A stretch of DNA of 58,777 bases, taken from Deferribacterales bacterium UBA4806 (GTDB taxonomy: Bacteria; Chrysiogenota; Deferribacteres; Deferribacterales; UBA228). Made by a program: the position numbers and the translations under genes. Below are positions 32,937 through 39,989 of this stretch, piece by piece. The notes beneath the pieces are model-generated. The model saw only the letters and a program-made list of their open reading frames with translations. It made no database searches and was not told where the DNA came from. The stretch is taken from contig DHGE01000167.1 of assembly GCA_002402635.1 (NCBI GenBank), positions 9,241 through 68,017 of the forward strand, given 5' to 3'. Position 1 is the first letter of the stretch. Each line of letters begins with the position of its first letter.

Positions 32937-33571
32937 TAAACCTCCTGATATAACTTATTCTTACAAATATATTTATATACACTCTCAGTTAGAAAATCTG
33001 GCATCTTATTATCTTTTAATTTTTCCCTTATATTAGTACTAGATATTTCTATTTCATCCATTTTATATAATACTATTTTTCCATATAAGGCATTAGAGAA
33101 TTCACTCTTTTCAACTATTTTTTTCTTTAATTCTTCAGGTATTAAATTATACATAATTTTAAAGGGCATTTCTTTTCTATTAACTACAATAAAATTTGCC
33201 AAATTAAATAATTCATTCCAGTTTTCCCATTTATCTATTGTTGCAAATATATCGCTACCACATACAAAAGATATACTGTCATCTTTATAAATATTTCTGT
33301 AATGAATAAGCGTTTTATATGTATATGATACGCCCTTTCTTTTTAGCTCAACGTCCGAAACCTTAAAGTTATATTTAAGATTTTTTATAGCTAATTCTAC
33401 CATTTCAAATCTTTTTTCTGGAGGAGTTCCAAGACTTTTATGTGGTGGAATCTTAGATGGTATAAAAATAAATTCATCCAATGAAAAATCCTTATATACA
33501 TTAATAGCAAGTATTAGGTGTCCAATGTGTATTGGGTTAAAAGTACCTCCAAACAAGCCTATATATTTCAA
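32936..33571 (-). CDS. nadD: Nicotinate-nucleotide adenylyltransferase
   Basis: GGTFNPIHIGH, PPHK, SYT, ISSTNIR. Confidence 0.95.
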   Translation of the reverse strand: MKYIGLFGGTFNPIHIGHLILAINVYKDFSLDEFIFIPSKIPPHKSLGTPPEKRFEMVELAIKNLKYNFKVSDVELKRKGVSYTYKTLIHYRNIYKDDSISFVCGSDIFATIDKWENWNELFNLANFIVVNRKEMPFKIMYNLIPEELKKKIVEKSEFSNALYGKIVLYKMDEIEISSTNIREKLKDNKMPDFLTESVYKYICKNKLYQEV

Positions 33572-33572
33572 A

Positions 33573-34829
33573 TTAAGTCCTTATCTGACCATTGCCATAA
33601 ATAATATATTTATATGTTGTCAAATCTTCAAGCCCCATTGGTCCCCTGCAGTGTAATTTTTGAGTTGAAATTCCCATCTCAGATCCAAATCCAAATTCAA
33701 ATCCATCTGTAAATCTTGTTGATGCATTCACATAAACTGCTGCTGAATCGACATTGTTGACAAAAGCGTTGGCATTACTATAATTCTCTGTAATTATGCT
33801 ATCTGAGTGATGCGATCCATATCTATTAATATGTTCTATTGCTTCAAAAACATCTTTAACGATTTTTATGGAAACTTTTAAATCAAGGTACTCTGCGTAC
33901 CAATCATCTTCAATAGCCATTTCAATCCCATAAATTTTGTTCATTAATTCACAGCCAACAAGTTCCACCCCTGCATTTCTCAATGGCTGTAATATCTTCT
34001 GTACACTATCTTCATCAATATCAGAGTGAATTAACAAGCTCTCAATAGCATTGCATACTGAAGGTCTTTGAACTTTCGCATTATATACAATATTTGTTGC
34101 CTTTAAAATATCAGCAAATTTATCAATATAAACATGACACACGCCTTTATCATGTTTTACTATAGGAATAAGTGAATTCTCTTCAACAAAACTAATTAAA
34201 GATGTGCCCCCTCTTGGAATAACTAAATCAATAATGTTCTTTGCTTTTAATAAATCATAAATATATCTTCTTTCTGGATCATCTATATAACAAACGATTT
34301 CTTTACTCACATTGTTGCAACTTAAGGCATCCTTAATGATTCTGACAAAAGCCATATTGGTGTTTACAGCTTCTTTTCCACCGCGAAGAACAACTGCATT
34401 CCCAGATTTTATACATAGTGCAGCTGCATCAATTGTAACATTAGGTCTTGATTCATAAATTATGCAGATTACTCCAATTGGCACTCTTACTTTTAAAATT
34501 TTCAATCCATTTGGTCTTGTAAACCCCCTATCTACTTTCATCACAGGGTCATCTAATCTCAAGATATTTTCAAGTGAGTCTATAATACTATTAAGCCTTT
34601 GTTTGTTTAACATAAGTCTATCAATTAGAGGCTCAGCTAGATGGTTTTTTTTGGCTTTTTCTATATCTTTTTCATTTTCTGCTAATATTTCCTTAGATTT
34701 TTTATCAATAAGACCTGCAATATCCTTAATAATATTATTTTTTATTTGTGTAGATATAATGCTAAATTTTGAGGCTTCTCGTTTAATATTTAAAAGTTTA
34801 TCTTTCATTTTTTTCACTAATTCTATCAA
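33573..34829 (-). CDS. proA: Glutamate-5-semialdehyde dehydrogenase
   Basis: IYESRPNVT, IPRGG, CNAIE, NASTRFTDG, ISTQKLHCRGP. Start may be ATG at 34808. Confidence 0.96.
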   Translation of the reverse strand: MIELVKKMKDKLLNIKREASKFSIISTQIKNNIIKDIAGLIDKKSKEILAENEKDIEKAKKNHLAEPLIDRLMLNKQRLNSIIDSLENILRLDDPVMKVDRGFTRPNGLKILKVRVPIGVICIIYESRPNVTIDAAALCIKSGNAVVLRGGKEAVNTNMAFVRIIKDALSCNNVSKEIVCYIDDPERRYIYDLLKAKNIIDLVIPRGGTSLISFVEENSLIPIVKHDKGVCHVYIDKFADILKATNIVYNAKVQRPSVCNAIESLLIHSDIDEDSVQKILQPLRNAGVELVGCELMNKIYGIEMAIEDDWYAEYLDLKVSIKIVKDVFEAIEHINRYGSHHSDSIITENYSNANAFVNNVDSAAVYVNASTRFTDGFEFGFGSEMGISTQKLHCRGPMGLEDLTTYKYIIYGNGQIRT

Positions 34830-35952
34830 CAGTTACAATGAGATCATCTTTATGTATTACCTCGTCACTATATTTATAGCCTAATTTATCATAGATTTCA
34901 TTACTTTTTACACCAGCAATTTTAAAAACATCCTGTGAAGAGTATCTTACTTTTCCTCTAGCAATTTCAACTCCACCTTGACTTGTAACCACCACAACAT
35001 CTCCTATATTGAATCTACCATTAACAGAAATAATACCACCTGGCAATAAAGATTTATTGTCATCCACTATTGCTTTAACTGCACCATCATCAATAACAAT
35101 ACTCCCTTTAGTAATAGTCGCATAGGCAAGCCACATTTTGCTAAGTCTATGGTTTTTTCCAATACCACTAAAATAAGTACCTACATTTTCCCCACTTAAG
35201 AAACGTCTAATATTTGACAGGTCATTACCATTGATTATGCCAACATAACATCCAGCACTGAGTGCTTTTTTTGCTGCCATTATTTTAGATTTCATACCTC
35301 CTGATCCCAAAGGTGAAACAGTAGTCAATTCAATTTCCTTAAGTAGCGTATTTATTGATTCGACATTATCAATAAGCCTTGGATTTATAGATTTTTTAGG
35401 ATCTTCATAGTATACTCCATCAACATCAGACAATATTAGAAGCAAATCTGCTTCAATAAGACCTGCGACTAATGCACTTAGATTATCATTGTCACCGAAG
35501 GTTTCTACATACTTTAATTCATCTATAACAACAATGTCATTTTCATTAATGACAGGGACTATTCCCAACTTTAACATTTTTCTTAGGCTATATCTTACAT
35601 TTAAAAATCTTCGTCTATTTGCAAAATCGTCTTTTGTTACCAATACTTGCGCAACAGGAATTTTATATTTTTCAAAAGCTTGCTCATAAAGCCATATTAA
35701 TTTAGCTTGTCCCACTGCAGCACAAACCTGTTTATCTATAATATCCTTTGGTCTATCTGCATATCCTAGCGTTTTAAATCCTGCGGCAACAGCCCCTGAG
35801 GAGACTACAATAATATGAGGTATTTTCCCTTTAATAAATGACAAAACAGAGGCTATATTATTTATAAAAGCTTCATTAACACCTTTTTCATTGGCTAATA
35901 AAGAACTGCCAACCTTCACAACTAAAGTGTTAATATTCGGTAATTTTCTCAT
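34798..35952 (-). CDS. proB: Glutamate 5-kinase with PUA domain
   Basis: VVKVGSS, VSSGAV, NEND, FGDNDNLSA, GSGGM.SK, C-terminal PUA domain. Confidence 0.97.
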   Translation of the reverse strand: MRKLPNINTLVVKVGSSLLANEKGVNEAFINNIASVLSFIKGKIPHIIVVSSGAVAAGFKTLGYADRPKDIIDKQVCAAVGQAKLIWLYEQAFEKYKIPVAQVLVTKDDFANRRRFLNVRYSLRKMLKLGIVPVINENDIVVIDELKYVETFGDNDNLSALVAGLIEADLLLILSDVDGVYYEDPKKSINPRLIDNVESINTLLKEIELTTVSPLGSGGMKSKIMAAKKALSAGCYVGIINGNDLSNIRRFLSGENVGTYFSGIGKNHRLSKMWLAYATITKGSIVIDDGAVKAIVDDNKSLLPGGIISVNGRFNIGDVVVVTSQGGVEIARGKVRYSSQDVFKIAGVKSNEIYDKLGYKYSDEVIHKDDLIVTVDRISEKNER

Positions 35953-35961
35953 AGATTAATA

Positions 35962-36034
35962 CTGGGGCGCCAGGATTCGAACCTGGAAATGGCGGATCCA
36001 AAGTCCGCTGCCTTGCCAGTTTGGCTACGCCCCA
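35962..36034 (-). tRNA. tRNA-Gln(TTG), CCA not encoded
   Basis: TGGGGCG/CGCCCCA acceptor stem with U1-A72; anticodon arm GCGGA-CT-TTG-GA-TCCGC; T arm CCAGG-TTCGAAT-CCTGG. Discriminator G is followed by TAT. A TTGACA -35 lies upstream (36070-36075). Confidence 0.97.
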
Positions 36035-36090
36035 ATAGTTTTAAAGATAATGTATAATCTACAATAAAATGTCAAGAATTTTCTACCTTT

Positions 36091-36115
36091 TTACTTGATA
36101 TATCTACGCAGGTAA
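36091..36115. promoter_or_regulatory. Candidate Rrf2/IscR-type operator overlapping the rrf2 promoter
   Basis: 25-bp imperfect palindrome TTACTTG-N11-CAGGTAA containing a -35-like TTGATA. Confidence 0.45.
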
Positions 36116-36147
36116 TTATTATAAGTTAAAAAGAAAAGGTAATCTAT

Positions 36148-36550
36148 ATGAAAATTACGAACGCAACAGATTATGCAATAAGAGCAATAATATATATGGC
36201 ACAAAACAAAGAAAAAAAGTCCTTTATGCGTTCCGAATTATCCAAGGAATGTAGTATCCCTGATAGTTTTTTGGGTAAGATTTTACAAGCTTTAAAAAAA
36301 TCTGAAATTTTGACATCCAACAGAGGCAAATTTGGGGGTTACTCAATATCTAAAAATTTAGAAGATATTACTTTCTATGACATTATAACAGCAGTTGAGG
36401 GAAATATATATAAATGAATGTCTAAAAGATGATGAAATCTGTAATAAAACAAAGGAATGCACACTAAAAGCTGCTCTTAATGAAATAAATAAAGATTTAA
36501 TAAAAAATTTAAAAAATTATAATATTCAAAACTTGATTTTAAAATTTTAA
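36148..36550 (+). pseudogene. Rrf2-family Fe-S transcriptional regulator, frameshifted
   Basis: The wHTH part (TDYAIRA..FLGKILQAL..RGKFGGY..DIITAVEG) stops at TGA 36415-36417. The C-terminus NECLKDDEICNKTKECTLKAAL..LKNYNIQNL continues in another frame to TAA 36548-36550. The junction lies in an ATATATATA tract. Confidence 0.85.
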
Positions 36551-36552
36551 TC

Positions 36553-37842
36553 TTGTATAACTCTCTTATGAGCTTTATACCTTATTACAGTGATTTAGTT
36601 CATCCAGCTGTATTGATTTCATCAATTGCAATTTTCCATACTTTTATTGCACATTTTTCTATTGGAATGGGTTTGTATGTTATTATCTGTGAATATTTTG
36701 CTTACAAAAAAAACAATATGGTACTTTTGGAATACACAAAAAAAAATAGTTCTCTCATACTTTTCATAGCAACTGTGTTAGGGGCTTTGACAGGTGTGGG
36801 TATCTGGTTTGTTATATCTATTATTGCTCCATTTGCTACTTCAACATTAATACATAATTTTGTATGGTTCTGGGCAAGTGAATGGGTGTTCTTTGTAATA
36901 GAAATTGTTACTATTTTACTTTATTATTATTTATGGGGCAAAATTGAGAAAAAACTTCATTTAATTATAGGCATTATTTATTTTATAAGTGGTTATTGTA
37001 GCTTAATATTAATAAATGGCATTATCTCTTTTCAATTAACTCCAGGGAAATGGCTTGAGACAAAAAACGTATGGGATGGTTTTTTTAATCCATCATTTCT
37101 TCCTTCAACAATAGCACGAACAGGATTCTGTTTGATATTAGCGTCAATTTTCTCTACCCTTATTATTTCTTTCTTAAAAAATAGTGATATAAAAAAATAC
37201 ACTGGGAGAATATCAACAATATTTATTGTTGTAGGTGCACTCTTCTGCATTGTGGGCACATATCTGTGGGTGCAATCAATACCTGAAAATGTTAGATCTC
37301 AATTATCTGGTGGAAACACCACATTAACACATTTCTTCCATTATTATATAATTACGGGGGTTATCCTCATTGCGTTATCAATTATACTAGAACTTATCTT
37401 CTATAAATATTTTAATATTGTCTTTTCAATAATATTGTTATGCGTAGGGATGACTGCCTTTTCGTATTTTGAATTTACCAGAGAAAGAGTGAGAAAACCT
37501 TTTCTAGTAAGAGACTACGTATATGCCAATGGCATACCTCTGGACAAAATAGATGAAATAAACACAACTGGCATACTAGAGTATACAAATGTAATTTTAA
37601 AAAGAAAAGAACTGACAGATGTACAAAAGGGTGAATTAATATATACATCAGAATGCTATAGCTGCCACAGCATAAATGGCTTTAACAACCTCAGAAGCAA
37701 ACTAGAGGGGTTAAAGGCAGAAGATATATTCTATGTTATTGATGGTATAGGCTATAACCCCTTAATGCCACCTTTTGTTGGAATTGAGTCAGAAAAGAAA
37801 TATTTAGCTGAATTTTTACAGGACAGGTTATCAAATAAATGA
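36553..37842 (+). CDS. Cytochrome bd subunit I (CydA)-superfamily membrane protein with C-terminal cytochrome c domain
   Basis: About nine TM helices; HTFIAH, GALTGVGIWF, SEWVFFVIE, FEFTRERVRKP (CydA-like); C-terminal CYSCH with distal MPPF; no recognisable Q-loop. Confidence 0.8.
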   Translation: MYNSLMSFIPYYSDLVHPAVLISSIAIFHTFIAHFSIGMGLYVIICEYFAYKKNNMVLLEYTKKNSSLILFIATVLGALTGVGIWFVISIIAPFATSTLIHNFVWFWASEWVFFVIEIVTILLYYYLWGKIEKKLHLIIGIIYFISGYCSLILINGIISFQLTPGKWLETKNVWDGFFNPSFLPSTIARTGFCLILASIFSTLIISFLKNSDIKKYTGRISTIFIVVGALFCIVGTYLWVQSIPENVRSQLSGGNTTLTHFFHYYIITGVILIALSIILELIFYKYFNIVFSIILLCVGMTAFSYFEFTRERVRKPFLVRDYVYANGIPLDKIDEINTTGILEYTNVILKRKELTDVQKGELIYTSECYSCHSINGFNNLRSKLEGLKAEDIFYVIDGIGYNPLMPPFVGIESEKKYLAEFLQDRLSNK

Positions 37843-37855
37843 ATGTTAGAGTGAT

Positions 37856-38929
37856 ATGTTAAATACTATAGCCGTTGTGCCTAATTATACAGAAATGTTA
37901 ACAGCGCCTGCTGTAATTTTTCAATTTCTCTATGTATTCACTTTTTTATTACATATAATATTTGTCAATCTGACACTTGGAGGCATTTTTTCTATCCTAT
38001 TATGCAAATATATATATAAAACATATAATGATAGTGTATATAATTCAATTGCCCATGATCTATCATTTATTAATACCTATAATATTTCACTAACAGTTAC
38101 AACAGCTATAGCACCATTACTTTTTATTCAGATTTTATATGACAAATTCTTTTATTCATCATCAATAATTATTGCCTATTACTGGTTATCTATTATATTT
38201 GCCATTATTATTGCCTATTATTTTAATTATATATACAAATATAAACTCTTTTATTTAAAATTCAGAATAGCTGGCGGCACAATATTTATGGTTATAGTAT
38301 TTATACTATTTTTGTATACTACCTTTATGCTCGTTTCTAATACTCTTCTATCAGTAAACCCAGAAATATGGAAGGAACAATATAAAAATATAAATTTTCT
38401 TAATATTCCTACTATTATCCCTAGATATTTACACTTTTTGATAGGATCTATAGCCTTAAATGGTATATTCATATGCATCTACTCAAAAGCTAGGAAATCT
38501 CTTAATGAAAATATAAAAACAAAAATGTTTATACTCGGCAAAAATATGTTTATATACGCCACACTACTTCAATTTATTGTGGGCTTCTGGTTTTTATTCT
38601 CCCATAAAAAAATGATATGGCTAAATATTGTTCAAGGCTATGGTTTGATTTTAATTATTTTAACTGTTCTTTTTTCTTTATATATTATTTATTTGTTTAT
38701 AAAAAATGGTTCTCTTTTATTAATAACTATTTTTGGCATTCTAACACTGATTCTTATGGTAATTTTAAGAAGGCTCACAGAAGTCTATTATTTAGAGCCT
38801 TACTTAAAAAATCTTAAATTTGTGTCACATTACCAATTTTCTGCTCTTGCAATGTTTTTAATACTATTTATTATAATGTTAGTATTATTTGCTTACCTGT
38901 TTAAATGCATTCATAAAAATAGAATTTAG
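37856..38929 (+). CDS. Partner multi-TM subunit of the bd-superfamily oxidoreductase
   Basis: About nine TM helices with FLLHIIFVN, APLLFIQILY, PRYLHFL; 13 nt downstream of the CydA-like gene. Confidence 0.7.
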   Translation: MLNTIAVVPNYTEMLTAPAVIFQFLYVFTFLLHIIFVNLTLGGIFSILLCKYIYKTYNDSVYNSIAHDLSFINTYNISLTVTTAIAPLLFIQILYDKFFYSSSIIIAYYWLSIIFAIIIAYYFNYIYKYKLFYLKFRIAGGTIFMVIVFILFLYTTFMLVSNTLLSVNPEIWKEQYKNINFLNIPTIIPRYLHFLIGSIALNGIFICIYSKARKSLNENIKTKMFILGKNMFIYATLLQFIVGFWFLFSHKKMIWLNIVQGYGLILIILTVLFSLYIIYLFIKNGSLLLITIFGILTLILMVILRRLTEVYYLEPYLKNLKFVSHYQFSALAMFLILFIIMLVLFAYLFKCIHKNRI

Positions 38930-38938
38930 GAGCTTATA

Positions 38939-39898
38939 TTGTCAGCTATTTATATCAGAGAAAAAGATGTGTCTAATATTTTAAATATAGATAAAGCTAT
39001 AGAATTGGTCGAAGAGGCTTTTAAGGGCTATTCTGAAGGTACGTGTTATAACATGCCCAGAAGACGGCTGCGCATAAAGAAGGGTGCCCTTCATTTGCTA
39101 CCAGGTGCTATTCCCTATAAAGAAGTATTTGGTTATAAAGCCTATACATCCTTTAAAAATGGTGTAATATTCAAAGTTTTTCTTCATTCGGCTGAAACTG
39201 GAGAACTGTTAGCTATCATAGAAGCAAATGAACTTGGAAGATTAAGAACTGCTGCTGCAAGTGCTGTGGCAACAAAATATTTGGCAAAAAAAGAAGCAAA
39301 AAAACACTTAATATTTGGTGCTGGATATCAAGCTGAAATGCAGCTAATAGCAGTAAACAAGGTAAGAAATATAGAAGAAATTTACGTTATTAATAGAAAT
39401 TCTGAAAAGGGAGAAAATTTTGTAAATAAAATGAAAGCTATCTTAAACATAAAAATTGAAAGAAACTCTGACTACAGAGCTTTCTTAAATAAAAGTGACA
39501 TTGTAACCACAATTACAACATCATCAAATCCACTTTTTTTAGCAGATGATTTTAATGGATGTGGTGTGCATATTAACGCTGCTGGCTCAAATAGTTTAAT
39601 TAGAAGAGAACTCCCAGAAAAAACAATTGAAAGAGCAAATATTTTGGCAGTTGATTCAAAGGATATAGCAGAACTAGAATGTGGTGATATATTGCCATCT
39701 CTAGAGAAGGGAAGAATACATTTCAATGAAATAGTTGAATTAGGTGACATAATATCGGGAAAAGTTAAAAGCAGAACTGATGATAGCGAGCTTACAATAT
39801 TTGAATCACATGGTATGGGCATACAAGATATTATTTGTGCCCATTATATTTATGAAAAGTCATTAGAACTAAAGGCCTATGAAAAGCTACCATTTTAA
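38939..39898 (+). CDS. Ornithine cyclodeaminase/mu-crystallin family protein
   Basis: GYK, RLRTAAASAVAT, FGAGYQA, HINAAGS, FESHGMGIQD. AGGAG SD before TTG. Confidence 0.9.
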   Translation: MSAIYIREKDVSNILNIDKAIELVEEAFKGYSEGTCYNMPRRRLRIKKGALHLLPGAIPYKEVFGYKAYTSFKNGVIFKVFLHSAETGELLAIIEANELGRLRTAAASAVATKYLAKKEAKKHLIFGAGYQAEMQLIAVNKVRNIEEIYVINRNSEKGENFVNKMKAILNIKIERNSDYRAFLNKSDIVTTITTSSNPLFLADDFNGCGVHINAAGSNSLIRRELPEKTIERANILAVDSKDIAELECGDILPSLEKGRIHFNEIVELGDIISGKVKSRTDDSELTIFESHGMGIQDIICAHYIYEKSLELKAYEKLPF

Positions 39899-39936
39899 AT
39901 AAACCAATTTATATCTTAAATAGGATTATTTTTATC

Positions 39937-39964
39937 TTGATAAATTTATAATTAAATTTATAAT
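39937..39964 (+). promoter_or_regulatory. Sigma70 promoter of nrdJ containing a 12-bp tandem repeat
   Basis: TTGATA-16 nt-TATAAT; TAAATTTATAAT occurs twice (39941-39952 and 39953-39964). Confidence 0.5.
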
Positions 39965-39989
39965 GTATTATCCATGGAGGGTGCTTTTA

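Noticed and set aside
35962..36034. tRNA as an integration site for a genomic island
   Set aside because: No integrase and no duplicated tRNA 3' end were found; the flanking genes are housekeeping.
36415..36417. Selenocysteine or read-through at the premature TGA of rrf2 (and of wrbA at 55317-55319)
   Set aside because: In both cases the homologous continuation is in a different reading frame, so these are frameshifts rather than in-frame recoding.
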